DNA of 64,000 nucleotides from Neophaeotheca triangularis (GCA_054600435.1 BAAIJX010000042.1:124001-188000); one strand, 5' to 3'. Counted from the first letter of the stretch, positions 46,388-59,780 are shown. The notes: generated by a model not told the origin, from the letters alone. Translations and numbers: made by a program.

Positions 46388-48249
46388 ATGTCCAAAGATG
46401 TACCTCGCGTTCTACGCCCATGGCTGTTCACCAGGCACCGCCTTCTTCATCACACCACCTCCCGCGCTTTCTCGTCCTGTAATAGTAGGGATCAAAGCAA
46501 CGGCCCGCAAAAGAATGTCACGCACGACTATGAGAAGCGCGTCAAGCAGCTCGAGGCATCGCGGCCGTTGGAGAATTGCTACCCGAGGATAGGAGCTACA
46601 CGGAGTAGCAATGCTGAGGTCTTGGCTATGAAAGACTTCGACGAGAGATACGGCAGGCTTGAAGCAGGACAAACCGTGGACAGCAGATTAGTTACTGTAG
46701 CTGGTATGCCATTTCTTCATCACCACCATCTTCATCGTCAACATCAACATCAACATCATGGGCATGATCATCGCACATGTAAATTTCAGCTTGACTGACC
46801 GTCTCAGGCCGAGTCAGTGCTGTCCGAACCGCAGGCTCCAAACTGCTCTTCCTCGATCTCAAAACCGAAGACGGCACAACCCAATGCATCTGCCAACTGG
46901 CCCATCTCGAAGGCCCAGACGCCCACCAACGACTCAAAACCCTAGCCAAAATTATCCGCAAAGGCGACTTCTACACGACAACCGGCCACCCCCACCGCAC
47001 CCCCAGAGGCGAGCTCTCAGTCCTCGCAACCCTTCTCCCAGAACTCCTCTCCCCCTCTCTCCATCAAATCCCCTCAACCCTCCAAGACGCCGAAACCCGC
47101 GCCCGCCAGCCGCACGTAGACATGCTCACCAACTCACTCGCAATCCAAACCCTCAAAGTCCGCCACATAGTCGAAAAGCATCTGACAACATTCCTCGACG
47201 ACCTCAATTTTATCCAAGTGCGCACGCCCATTCTCACGCCCTCCGCCAGCGGCGCTACCGCCAGACCCTTCACAACCCTCTCCACCGAACTTCCCACTCA
47301 GCCCCTCACGCTCCGCATCGCCCCTGAACTCTGGCTCAAGCGCCTAGTCATCGGAGGTCTTGAACGCGTCTACGAAATCGGCCCGGCCTTCCGCAACGAA
47401 GGCGTAGACGGCACGCACAATCCAGAATTCACAATTTGCGAATTCTACCAAGCCTACGCTGATCTCGAAACACTAATGACAACAACGGAAACCCTCCTCT
47501 TCTCGCTAGCCGCGAAACTGCTACCACTGAAAACCCCTTCGGGCCCACTCTCCGCACTACCAACAACTCCCTCACTCCTTCCCCCCTTCACCCGCGTCCC
47601 TTTCCTCCCAACGCTCGCCGCCCAAATCGCTCCCAGTACCCTACCAGATCTCTCCCTCCCCCGGGCGCAAACTCTCCCCCTCTTATCCAAAATCTTCACG
47701 CACCACAATCTCCCGCTCCCAGCCAACCCCACGCTCCCGCGCCTCCTCGACGCCCTAGCCGCCCACTTTCTCGAACCCCTTTGTGCCAAGGCTCCGACGT
47801 TCATCACGCACCATCCGGCCGCGCTATCCCCGCTGGCCAAAACTTTCCGCGACGAAGCAACGGGGCAGCTTGTAGCCGCGCGAGCGGAGCTGTACATCGG
47901 AGGCAGAGAGGTAGCGAACATGTACGAAGAAGAGAACAGCCCTTTCGCGCAACGGGAGAAGTTCCTCGAACAAGGGCGATTGAGGGAGCTGGTTACCGGA
48001 GACGAGCTCGAAAGTTCTGACCCCTCACGCCGGCATGGGGAAGTCAAGGATGATGATCCAGAAACTGGTGGCGAGGTCGATGAATCTTACCTCCGTGCCC
48101 TCGAGTGGGGTTTGCCTCCCACTGGCGGTTGGGGCTGTGGCGTGGATCGGCTTGTCATGCTTTTTGCGGGCAGAGAGCGCTTGGCGGATGTGCTTGCTTT
48201 TGGGAGTTTGCGCAATGTCGTTGGCTTGGGGAAGGAGGGGAGGAAGTAG
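46388..48249 (+). CDS. MSK1: Lysyl-tRNA synthetase class II, probably mitochondrial (1 intron)
   Basis: Presequence-like N-terminus, OB-fold VAGRVSAVRTAGSKLLFLDL after the ~46703-46808 intron, GATARPF, LRIAPELWLKRLVIGG, FRNEG..THNPEFT, GLPPTGGWGCGVDRLVM. Confidence 0.9.
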
Positions 48250-48586
48250 GTCAATCAACAGGGGGAAAAGGCGGATTCCCTTTCGCGCCCGTGGCTGGGC
48301 TGTAAGATTAGTGGCGCTGTAGTTCTGAGACTTCTATTTACGTATCTTGTGCGTGTAGCTCTCGCGCGGCTCTGACTCCACCATTATAGATGAATGTATG
48401 TAAGGGGAAGCTTGCTTCGAAAGCCGATGGAGGCCGGCACGTGACATCGCGACGTCTTGGCGCGTCACCAGCCCAACCCAACCAACTCACGAACTCCACC
48501 TTCACCCTCCTCCCCCCAAAACCTTTGTTGCGCCGGCACCTCTACACCTCCACCTCCACTTTCAACCGATACTATTGAAAGATAGC

Positions 48587-50488
48587 ATGCTCTCCACCGA
48601 CCAACTTCTCGAAAACGCCGCTCGCGATGGTTCTATCGAGCTGGAAGACTGGCCGCGCGTGCTGGAAACGGTTCTCGCGCGGCTCAAAGAGATTGTGCAT
48701 AGTGATTTCCCGCTGCCCAGGGTTCCCGTGGCTTTTGAGCCGGAAAGTTTGGACCCTGAGGTTGTTGCTCTGACGCCGCTGCCGCCGTCTTCAAGGGTGG
48801 AGGGGAAAGAGGGGCCCGAAGAGAGGGGGGATGATGGGAGTGCTGGGACTGTTGGGGAGGAACGGGGGGATGTGGCTATGGAGGGTGAGGAGGGGAGCCA
48901 GAGTAGTACCAAAGAGAACGATGCGCCGGTTCGGGAGCCGTCGTCGTCGCAAGAGATTTTGCGCTTTCCGCCCACAACGCCTAAGAGGGTTGAGGAGCGG
49001 CGGTCTACGGACTGGCGGTTTCTGGAGCCCGGCACGTTGCCTCCGGATTTGCTCAGCTCGTTCACCGTCAGCACGCACATGCTAGCTACGTCTTTTCAGC
49101 ACGCGCCGCCTTATACCGTGCAGCGTCTTGCGGAGCTGGTGCTTTACCCCAAGAGGCATTATAGGTTTCTGCCGTCGTATTTGAGGGCGCTGGATCGGGT
49201 AGTCAGTGTTAGCTCGCCGGCTAGCGATTTTCCGCTGCCGGCGCTGCAGGCGGGAACGGGGAGTGGGTTTTTGACTAATGGGGAGTTGAATGGGAGTGGT
49301 GAGGTGGGTTTGAGTGAGGGGTTGGGGAGTGATGAGGCCTTAGGGGGAGCGCTGTTGACGCCGATCCCCTGGCTGAAGCCGGAGGCTGTGGGGAATGTTC
49401 AGGGGGGTAATGGGGGCGGGGCGGCTGCTGGTGGGCAGTCTTCGCCTGGTGGTGGGGAGGGAGAGTTGCGGTCGGAGGGGGTAGAGACTATCGATGGGCC
49501 TACTGGACCCGGACGGATAGAGACGGTCTCGGTGACGGTCAATGGTATTATGTCAACCGCGCCGCAGGCTCACCCGACGACTTTGCAAGCGGCTGACCCT
49601 ACCTCCCCTTCGCTTTCTGATCAATCCGACGCCTCGACTCCTTCGCACGCTTCTACCGCTTCCACCGCCTCAACAACAGAAGCTCAACTCCGCGCTTCAG
49701 GGGGAGTTACACAGGGCGAACTACTCCGACAAGAACAAGAAGCAGGCGTCGTCCCAGTCGCACAATCCCAACCTCGCCGAAGCCTCCTAGCCTCAGGCGC
49801 AGTAGCCGTGGGCCGTGAAACACCCAGCCAAGCCCTCGCCGCCACACGAACCGAAAACCAGCCCCTGGGCGCCGAAATTTCCGGTGAAGAGCGCGAAGCA
49901 GCCGACATAGGCATGATTGACTCCCCTGCCACCTCGACACTCGAAGGCATGGCCTCGACGAGCGAAACAACACCGACTGAAGCCCCTCACGCTCGCGGCC
50001 CAGGGGAGATCGACATGGCAGACACGGGCCCCCAGCGCAACAACCTCTCCCCCGATAACGCGGGCAAGACCCTCCCGGCTCTAGATATGCACGCCGCCGT
50101 CGGCCGCCGCAGCCTCTCCCCTAACCCCCCACCGCCCTCGGACCCCTCGCAACCTCAACCCGATACCCCACACCCCGCCACCGTCGCTTCAGGCACCTAC
50201 CACAACCCCGAACCCAGAATCCCAGACGATGCACTAGGCCCTCACTCCTCCCCCACCGCCGCACGAGTTGCTCGCGCCGCCCCGAAAGCCGAAGCTCAGG
50301 CTGCAGAGGCTGAGAACGACGATAGCGGCAAGCCTGGACGTGATCCTGAAGGTGTCAGGCAGGAGGTCGAGTTGATGAGTGAGGGCTTGCAGGAACGGGA
50401 GGAGGCCGAGGTTAAAGATGGCGATGGGGATGTTGTGTTGGCGGATTTGGATGGAAGGGAGGATTCGGGGGAAGGGGGATTGAGGTGA
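48587..50488 (+). CDS. Protein phosphatase 4 regulatory subunit 2 (PPP4R2/Psy4-like)
   Basis: F-x2-APPYTVQRLAELVLYPKRHY..YLRALDRVVSVSS signature, LGGALLTPIPWL and a long acidic disordered tail. Confidence 0.85.
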   Translation: MLSTDQLLENAARDGSIELEDWPRVLETVLARLKEIVHSDFPLPRVPVAFEPESLDPEVVALTPLPPSSRVEGKEGPEERGDDGSAGTVGEERGDVAMEGEEGSQSSTKENDAPVREPSSSQEILRFPPTTPKRVEERRSTDWRFLEPGTLPPDLLSSFTVSTHMLATSFQHAPPYTVQRLAELVLYPKRHYRFLPSYLRALDRVVSVSSPASDFPLPALQAGTGSGFLTNGELNGSGEVGLSEGLGSDEALGGALLTPIPWLKPEAVGNVQGGNGGGAAAGGQSSPGGGEGELRSEGVETIDGPTGPGRIETVSVTVNGIMSTAPQAHPTTLQAADPTSPSLSDQSDASTPSHASTASTASTTEAQLRASGGVTQGELLRQEQEAGVVPVAQSQPRRSLLASGAVAVGRETPSQALAATRTENQPLGAEISGEEREAADIGMIDSPATSTLEGMASTSETTPTEAPHARGPGEIDMADTGPQRNNLSPDNAGKTLPALDMHAAVGRRSLSPNPPPPSDPSQPQPDTPHPATVASGTYHNPEPRIPDDALGPHSSPTAARVARAAPKAEAQAAEAENDDSGKPGRDPEGVRQEVELMSEGLQEREEAEVKDGDGDVVLADLDGREDSGEGGLR

Positions 50489-51396
50489 GCAGAGAGTGGT
50501 GTGATGTGGGTTGGACGGGACTGTGAGATTTTGCTTGCGAGCGATGGCGTGGTTTACTGGTTGGTTTTTTGGGTATGCTGGATCCGGCTGTCCGACGAGG
50601 CAAGCCAACATTCACCGCCAGCGCTGCTCTTGGCTTGTGCGGTTGATCGTCTACTCGAATAATGCTTCCCAAATCGTATTCAGACATGACACAGGTCACT
50701 AACACAACCCCCTGGCGTAATCACTAATGTAAATCTTTCTACTACCACCACCACCACCCCAAACCGCTGCACATCATTGCAGACTAGCCCGGAAAGAGAT
50801 CTCGCCAAACCTGAAGATTGACCTGACCCGACTTTTATTCCCGGAGCTTGGTCTCGGGCAACCTTCTCGTGGCGTTTGCTTGACTTCGACCTTTGCATTT
50901 GCGTAGAAAGTAAAGTTTTGGACGACGGCCACTTGACCGGACAATTGTGGGATGAGGGGAAGAGGGTTCTGCATTCTCCACTTGATGCCGGAAACCCCGC
51001 CTGGAGTCCCCACGATAATTTCTTTGGGGCTGCTCTTGTGTTCTCTGTGCGATGTCATTCGGTTTGCTTTCGTGGATTATTGGAGGAGACGAGTGGATGC
51101 GAGCTTTGCTGGCGATTCGAGCTGTTGTCCAGTAGTAGTCTTGTTAGCTGGTTGGTACGTGGCTAACTCCTAGCACGGAAAGGTTGCAGTGAAGTGCTCT
51201 GATGTCGTGCAGTGGGAACGTTTGGATCAGGTGGGTAGCTATGTAGTGTCCGGTGTCTACGATACCTCATCGCTGCATGCCTTGCTCTCATCCTCATTCT
51301 CTTTCTTCCCCAACAGTAACACCTCTCCTCTCGACCTCCTACAACTATCCTTCACCTTCTCCCGCTCTCCCCCTCCTCTCCCACCACACCCCAACC

Positions 51397-53447
51397 ATGG
51401 CCCAACCAACCCCCCACGCCCACGACGAGAAACACGACCACTCCGCCGTGGAGGGCATCGAAGACCTCAAGCAGAACCCCGACCACGCCGACGACGGCAT
51501 CGACGAAAACAACCAACCCAAATACGACGACGCCGAAACCAAGCGGATTCTGCGCAAAGTCGATTTCCGCCTCATCCCAATGCTAACGCTTCTCTACGTT
51601 CTCGCCTTCTTAGACCGGTCCAACATAGGCAATGCGAAGATCGCGGGTATGAATGAGGAGTTGGGCTTGAGCGGTACGTATTCGCAAAGCACAATGTCGG
51701 GCGGGAGCTAGGGTTTTTGGGCGGGATAGCTGACGGCGCAAATGGGTGGGCGATTTTGGTAGGCTCGCAGTATAATATTGCTTTGACGGTTTTCTTCTTC
51801 CCGTATGCGTTGCTGGAAGTGCCTTCGAATATCGTTTTGAAGCTTATGAAACCTTCGTTGTGGATTACGATTATGATGGTTTCGTGGGGGGTTGTCATGA
51901 CGCTGCAGGGGATTGTGCAGGATTATCATGGGTTGGGTGAGTTGTGCTTGCTGCGGATCATGGGCTGGGGGTTCTTTTGCTGACGTTGGATCAGTGGCGA
52001 CTAGAGTTATGCTTGGGGTTACTGAGGGTATGGATGGCACTCTGCTTGGTTCAGGGGTATGTGGCGTGGCTAATGGTATTCAGCTGGTTTCTTCCCAGCT
52101 GCGACTTATCTTTTGACTGAGTGAGTTATTTGAGACTGGCATCAACGCTTCAGCAGCTACTGATCCGCCCAAGATGGTACTGCCGCTTCGAAATCCAGAC
52201 CAGGCTCGCCGTCTTCTTTAGCGCGGCTTCCATGGCTGGTGCTTTCTCAGGCCTGCTGGCTTTTGCTCTAGAGAAGATGGATGGAATAGGTAGGTAGCAG
52301 ACGATCTAGCAATTCTCGGGCGTGGCAAGAGTGGTGGCAGTGGCACACATTGCTAACTCCTCTTGTATCAGGTGGACTGAGTGGCTGGCGTTGGATCTAC
52401 ATAATTGATGAGTCTCTGTCCCTCAGATTATAGACGAGCACAGCTAACAGTGACATGATACAGGGTATCGCGACTGTCGTGGTCGGCGCCTTGGTCTATG
52501 TCATGGTTCCCGACTCGCCTGCAACTTGCAGCTTCCTTACTCAATGGGAAAAAGATTTTATCAAGAGGCGGCTCGCCAATGATTCGGGTACTGCTTCTGG
52601 AAAAGTGCAGAGTGGCGAGAAATATAACCTTAGTTGTGAGTTGCTTAGATCGGTTGTCCTCACCGGGGATAAAGGAGATCGCTGCTAACTAATACCTCTC
52701 AGTCTTAAAAGCCGCCTTGAGTGAATGGCGCATCTACCTAGCCGTAATCGTCTACTGGGGAAACTCGTCAGTCACACCCACTCCTCCCCGTTGCCAGTCC
52801 AAATCCCTAACAGTCCCTCCAGCATCTGCCTCTACGGCTTCACCTACAGCGCCCCAACCATCGTCCAGGACCTCGGCTATACCAGCGCCAACGCCCAACT
52901 CCTAACAATCCCCATCTACTTCCTAGGCGTCTGCAGCACAATCTTCTTCTCCTGGCTCGCCGACCGCTACCAAACCCGCTGGCCCTTCATCATCATCCCC
53001 TACTCCGTCGCCGCCCTGGCCTTCACCGCCCTCCTCGCAATCCCCCAACCCCGCATCCCCGGCCTCACCTACGCCTTCCTATTCGCAATACCCGCAGGCG
53101 TCTACCCACCGCTAATAGGCATCCTAAGCTGGGTCGGCAACAACCTCGCGCCCTCGTGGAAACGAGCCGTCGGCATGGCGTTGTTAATCTCCATTGGCAA
53201 TTTAGGCGGTGCCATTGGCAGCAACATCTTCCTCGCCGAGCAGGCGCCGCAGTACTGGCTGGGGTACGGTTTGGCGCTGGGGATGCTCGTGGCGGCTATT
53301 TGCGCTACCTTGGTTCTGAGGTGGAGCTATGGGCATACTAATAAGAAGAGGGATCGGCTGGATGAGCATCAGATTCGCGCGGAGTTTAGTGAGGAGCAGT
53401 TGCTTGCTATGGGGGATAAATCGCCTTTGTATCGGTATGTGGTGTAG
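51397..53447 (+). CDS. MFS transporter, anion:cation symporter family (Tna1-like), 8 introns including one AT-AC
   Basis: LRKVDFRLIP..FLDRSNIGNAK, EVPSN, EAGFFP, WY-x3-E-x3-R, GLSGWRWIYIIEG, KRAVG, NLGGAIGS. All exons could be joined in frame by hand. Confidence 0.9.
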
Positions 53448-54033
53448 TGCCGGTTGGAGCTGTCTGGTATCGTTTGTTAGGCGGTACTTTGTTGGCTGTA
53501 TGATCGAAGAGCTGCTTGCGATGAGCTTTATGGCTCTCACGCCATGTAAGGACGAAGTTTGCATAGTTTAGTTGTTTATCATTACTAAAACTGTCCAATG
53601 GGAGACAGCTACGCGGAATCGCTAGCAACGTCCATCAAACTTAAGCTGCCTTTTGTTATGAGTGAATTGTGAGGACATGTGAAGAAGGGAATTCTTAGGC
53701 ATATCTGCTTAGAACACAAGTTCGTCTCTTCTGATTTCAGACAGCTAGTACCTAGTTAGCTCTTCTTCAAATCACAATCGTTTTGATCTCGCCTTACGTA
53801 TATAACAGACCCAGAACTTAGCGCTCAATGACGCTCGCGTCCGCGGAGCAGCTTAGCTTGTGCTTGCGATGCGGGATGAGTTGGGCACATCAATCACACG
53901 GCTACTTGATATAACGCAGGTACCGTAGGTAGCTCCATTCCGCTCCCCTCGCCAGGACAGGAGATTCCGAACGCCCTACCACACTGCATCTAACCAAATT
54001 TTGAGCCGACTATCTTCCGCTGCTATCACCAAC

Positions 54034-54593
54034 ATGTCAGCAAACTCGCCCACATACCAATGCAATGGCGGTGGCACTCCGACCGTAAACACGAGCAGCC
54101 CATACTGCATCGTGCCAGGAGGGTACGCCGTCTCGTACTCAAGACCAATCGCCGAACACCTGCTAACACGACGCCCAGTCACCCGCGCATGGCCATCTGC
54201 TGCGCCGAAGCAGGCAACAAGACGGTGATGTTCAAAGAAGACTGCTACAGCTGGTGCAACCTCGCGCTTGACAAAGACGCACCCGTTTCCGACGACGACA
54301 GATGGAGCCGCGCCACCAACGCTTTCAGTGACTGCCTCAGCCGCGGCGAGGACAGTCGACAACCAGTCGGCATGGTCTGTGGGAAAGGTTATAGCAGCGG
54401 CGACGCGGCGACCGTGACGCCGTCGAGTACCTCGTCGACAACGGATGGCGAAGTCCCGAGCACTTCGGACGCTGCGCTCGCTGCTACTACTCTCCCTAGC
54501 TCCGGCGTTTCTCGTGGTTCGTCGTGCAATGTCAAGATGGCCGGAGCTGTGGGCTTGCTGGTTGGGATTGCGTTTATTGCTGGACTTGCTTAG
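54034..54593 (+). CDS. Small Cys-rich protein with S/T stalk and hydrophobic C-terminus (1 intron)
   Basis: Intron 54123-54178 (GTACGC..GCTAAC..CCAG) joins MSANSPTYQC..YCIVPGG to HPRMAICC..DCYSWC..DCL..VC. Then an S/T-rich stretch and AGAVGLLVGIAFIAGLA*. Confidence 0.75.
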
Positions 54594-55141
54594 GTGTCTA
54601 GAGAGTGGTGGAAGCAATAGGTTTAATGACAAACTGTTAGTTACCAAAAAGACAGCCGGTCAACCCATAGAGCCAGCTCTATAGACGCCCTACGAACAGC
54701 TTGTTAAATCGCTCCATAATCATTTCTATAAACACCTCTAAACCCGACTACATGGGCAGACAGACAGACAGACAGTCAATTCCCGTCACCTTGCAGTCAC
54801 TTCCCCCACGACGCCACAAGGGCGGGGCTACGGAGGTAGCGTCAAACACTAAATAAAGCTTGATCTAATGCTAGACCCCGCTTTAAAAGTCTTGGCAGCC
54901 TGCAGTCTTCGACTTGCTGTTAGGTACATAGTAGGAGGTAGTAGTCGTAATGTCTGTCAAACTTGAGCTGGCACTGCTACGTTAGTAGCATGCGGCCGGG
55001 AAGGGACCACGACTTCACCCTGGTAAACCTCGCGCCAATCGATCCGACTGCCTCGCTTCTTATTGTATCATATCTATCATCAGCCATAAAACAAAACCAT
55101 CCCCAGTCGAGTAAAATCGGCTGCTCGCAGTAATTGTCAGC

Positions 55142-57010
55142 TCAAAACTTATACCTAAACTCCTTGTTATCCCGATCAGTCATATCACTAAACTCAATAT
55201 CTCTCCTATGCACAGTATGAGCCATAGCCTTGTCCCGTCTCTTGTTTTCCCACCTCAGGTAACCCAGCAGGGTCAAGGTAGTCAAGATGGCGACAGAATC
55301 GACGGCCACAATGGTGATCTTGGCGGGCACATAGTTGGGAGCGTCCTCGTTGCGGAACGTCAACGGCCCTAGGATATTGCCTAGGCAGAAGGACTGGATT
55401 GATCGGTTAGCGTTGAGGCACGTCTGCTGATTGCACAACTCGGATCGACGGCGACCTTACCATGAGCAGCACTGCGTTGCAAGTGACTTTCTTCGTGTGC
55501 CCTGCGTTGTTCGCCGCGGACCATGAGTAAGCGCAGGGCAGGAAAGCGCCAACGACATGCGTCAGGTAGTTTCCTGCTAGCTTGCCGGCTTGGTTGCTGT
55601 CCGGGAGGAAGGCGAGAAGAGAACCGCCCAGGATACCGCCGATGAGCGACCAAGCCATGATGTTGATGCCTCTGGCGTTGAATTTGCCCGCCAAGTAAGT
55701 GGCTGTCAATACAGAGACGACGGCGATGGCACCACCGGGGATCTGAAGCAGTGCTGTTTCCTTGTCTGTGAAGCCAAAGGATTTGATGAGAATCGATTGG
55801 AAGGATCCGACGGCTCCGTTGGGCACTGAGGCTGCAATGGTGATGATGCTGAGGAGCCATGTCTGAGGGTCCTTGAAGCACTGCAGGACCTGGTGGGGCT
55901 TGAAGTGCTTGTTTTCGACGCCGGTCTGGTTTTCTCGTAGGCGCTCGACGGCCGCGACTCGTTCCGCGTGAGATAGTCTGCAGCTCATTGGATTGTTCGG
56001 GAGGAAGAAGAAGACTAGGATGCCGACGGACACGGTGATCAATCCAATGACCAGAAACATAATCTACAACGCTTGTTAGCAAATTATAGTCGAAACGTCA
56101 AAGCGCAGTTCAACTCGCCTGCCATGACTTGAAGTGATCACCCTCGTAATGCTGGAAGCCGTAGCTCATCAAGCTCCCAATCATTGTTGCCATTCCGACA
56201 CCAATGTACCATGTCCCGATCCGACGCGGTTGCTCGTTTCTTTTGTACCACATCCTATCCAAGAGTGAGCTTACGAAGTGCGCTTGACGACATTGAGGTA
56301 AGGCCTTACGCTGTGATCAAAACCAATGAAGGCGAAATCGCTGATTCGAATGCGCCCAGCAAGAATCTCAGAGCAGCTGTTCGCCCAGGTTAGGACATCT
56401 GTAACACCGGGTTCTGGTAGTGGCTTACCAAGGGATGCATAAGAATCTGCTGCAGACATGCAAGCCACAACGGTGCCCCAAAGGATCACGCAAGAACCCA
56501 GGTAACGGGCAGTAGGGAAGTACTGCATTGCGTAGCTGTCCGTCGTGGTCAGTCGCCCTGTTCAGGAAAAGTACAATGGGACTTAACTCACGCGTGCGGG
56601 AGTTCAAAGACGAGGAAAGCGACGTAGAAAAGTAGGCTTAGATTGCCATATTGCTCGGTTGTCAAGTCAAGGTCTTCCCGGATGTTCATGACGGCCGCGT
56701 AGTTGAGCAAACTTTTATCGAGATACTGAAGCAGATAACAGCAGAACCTGTTGTCCGGGTCAGTGTATTTGATTCAACGCAACGTCTCAGACTCGCGGTT
56801 GTCTTCCTACATGAGCGGCATGATCATGAAATCAATCTTGCGGACAAGCTTCTTTTCGTCGATGTACTCTCCCTCTCCCTCTCCAGCTTCGCCACGAAGA
56901 AAGTCAAGTGCCTTGTCTGCATCTTTAGTGGTGACCTTTTCGTCCGTATAGGAGTCGTCGTACGCCACTTCTGGGGAAGGGTATGCCTCTTTGCGATCAT
57001 AAGAAGTCAT
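55142..57010 (-). CDS. MFS transporter, allantoate permease (Dal5) family, multi-intron
   Basis: KLVRKIDFMIMPLM, LQYLDKSLLNYAAVM, LRENQTGVENKHFK, NNAGHTKK, GNILGPLTF, FSDMTDRDNKEFRY. Not every exon boundary was verified. Confidence 0.88.
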
Positions 57011-58196
57011 CTTGGCTGAGGTTGAGGAACTGGCACTGGTTTAGTAGAAAGCTCTGGCGGAGCTTCTGGCAAGGTATATATGTCTTCGCCAGCCACGGGG
57101 CCAAGCCGCTTTCTGGCAATCGCAGCCGTGAGCATCTTGATGTCGCAGAATCAATGGGAGACCGGAGAGCTGTAGCCTATCTTGTGCCCTTTCTGGAAGG
57201 CATCGAACTTGCCTGCCATTATTGGAAGGTGATCGACACGTCGAAGACGGACCCGCGTGTCTGCCATGCGGGCGAGATACGAAGCTTCGATGTGACTAGT
57301 GGGGAGCATTTTCCCGGCAGTATTCACCCGGTTAAAGCTGTGACTATCGCCGTCTAGAGCGGCAGCATTGAGCATTCTGTTTGGCCGTAGTTTCGATGTC
57401 TGAAGGGGTGTGTGTTGGCAGGCTGCGTCCGGTACCACATGGTCTTTTGATAACGAGGACGTCTTTTCTATAGGAACCTGGGAAGAGCCGTTTCCCTAGC
57501 AGGACTGCTTTGTTGGAACAAGCAATTATGCGAAGCTAATCCAAGCGATACATGTAGATGATATCTATGGATGTAGTCTTATCAAGCTCTTACCCCACTT
57601 TGAAGTTTCTCCTCTCCCAAGGCGCCGAGATAGCCGGGAGCGTAAGGTAGTGCGGGAATAGCGGCAGCATTGCTTTCAGTTCACTGGTACGCGAAGACGA
57701 CCCGGCAGGCGTAGAGTATCGTTGTCAAGAACATTTTATTGCCTTGTCTCTCGTGTATCTCCACCTCTCTCTTGAGCGACGTTCGGCTTGCCGTACCCGA
57801 GTGAAACAAGAGCCCAGATCAACAGTCTCAAGCAGGTGAAAATCCCTACGAGCAACTCAACTCGCGTGCCAATAAACGCAGTGTGGAAGAACCTGGGTTG
57901 GTTGACTTCTATACTCAACTGGAACGTCAACAAAATAGGAGCTTGGGAAGATTCCTATCAATCAGCGGACCGATCAGCCTCGGCGTCCGACACTTCAACA
58001 GACTGGACTCCAACCTGATGGCGAACGCCATTGAGCCTCGTTTCTGCACGAATGAGCATTTTCATGTGCATTCCTGCAAGACCTTGGCCAGAAAGAAGCA
58101 ATCTTATCCAAGCTGTCGCTTGCAGGAGGTGCAATGGGAGATCAGAGTCTGAGAAAAAGGCCGAAGCTATGCGATTCTGGTACTACTCTTGACACT

Positions 58197-59780
58197 CTAG
58201 CTAGGCTCCCCGGTTCCCGGGTCTGGGCGATTGGGCATCTGCGCAGCGAGCCTGTAATCTTGGCGAAGCACCTGTGCCTCCACACCCAAGGCGGCTGGGT
58301 CAGTAATATCCCTTGCAGCCTGGGTGGCGGGAGAGGCCATGATAGCAGCGTTGATGCGTCTCAAGGCCTGACGCGGCGTGGTGCGCGTTGTTGGGTTGAA
58401 ACGCATACAGCCGCTTACGAGGTCTTGAAGTTCCTTGCTATAGAAACCTGCAGGTGCTAGGGGCCCGTAGGAACCAAACAATTCTTGCCGGTGGGCGGTA
58501 TTCTTGAAATCTGGCCTTAGGGGTCCTTCAGAGGTGTCCACATCCATCAATCTGGAAATCACGGCACCCACTGCCCACACGTTAGTGTGCGATTCCTTGG
58601 GGATAAAAGTTAGCTGGGCTTTTTCTTATGCTTGTGTCTATGCTCCAGGCAAGAGGCTGCGGCCACTTACTATTGTCCACGATGCTTGCCCTCCTACTCT
58701 AGCCCAATCTGTATCCTGCTCAGGTGCCTTCCATCCCTCAGTGCCAGCGACTTGGTAATAAGCTGGATGGGGTCCTGGTTCCACGAGGCTGCCTGGGACC
58801 GGGAGAAAACAAGCTAGTGGAAGAATCAGTAATGCTTCCCATGGCCCTTGCCGTATAGACGCCGTGCACGTATCAAACTTACCAAGACCAAAGTCTCCGA
58901 CGACTGGCCGTGGATAGGCAGCGTAGTAAGTGGAATCCGGCATCGAGAGGAAGATGTTCTCAAGCTTGAGATCGCGGTGGACAACCACTTCGTGCCACGC
59001 AGACGCAAGCGTAGGCTGGATCGAGCCTTGCTCCATCACGAGGCATGCCTTGATCAGCGTCTCAAAGACATACCAAAGAAAAGGCTCAGGCAGACGCGCG
59101 GTCTGGACTCTGCCATAAAAAACATAGTCTCCGTTGATTTGTAGGGCGTAGTGCTTGACCAACTGGTCCAAGTCTCCGTTTGGACAAAACTCCATTCGAA
59201 GTCTTTGCATCCGTCTGGGCACATCAAGCGCAGAGAAGCCGACGAGCTGCACGAACTGGCTTTTGTCGTGGTTCTCGTTCATGCAGCTTGGGTCGTTCCA
59301 GAATGTCTGCATTGCTTTCAGCTCGTTCGTTATTCTGTCCTCCATTGGGCCATACCACGTCTGTGGGAGGTCCCAGAGCCTTGACTCCTCAGTCATGAGG
59401 CAGTCTTTCACGACTTGACGCTTGACGATTCTCCCGTGGGCGTCGGGCAAGAGCCAGAGACAAGCGACGCCGTAGGAACCCGCTCCCAGGAGGTATCCGC
59501 CAACCCAGTTTTTATCGGAGAGGCCAGGAATGGTTGCAGTAATAGCGGCACGCTGTTTTGCCTGCCACTCCAACTCCTTCGGAATGGCTCTCTTGCCACG
59601 CCAATTCTTTTGTTCGGGCTTCAATTTGGCCCACTGTCGCTCCAGGTCTGCTTGAGCTGATGTTATCAATTAGCATGTGCCGAGCCTGCTCAATGGGAGC
59701 TGCGTTTCCTTACCCACTGCTGGACGTTCTCGCTTCTCCACTCTCAACCATGCCCTCTTGTTGGTGAGCTTTTCTGCCAT
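58197..59780 (-). CDS. Divergent Ser/Thr protein kinase, copy 1 (3 introns)
   Basis: LGAGSYG, QVVKD, RMEFCPNGDL, LPEPFLWYVF, HRDLKLENIFL, GDFG, GTEGWKAPEQ, TNVWAVG, CMRFNPTTR. Introns near 59658-59713, 58814-58882 and 58596-58670. Confidence 0.85.
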
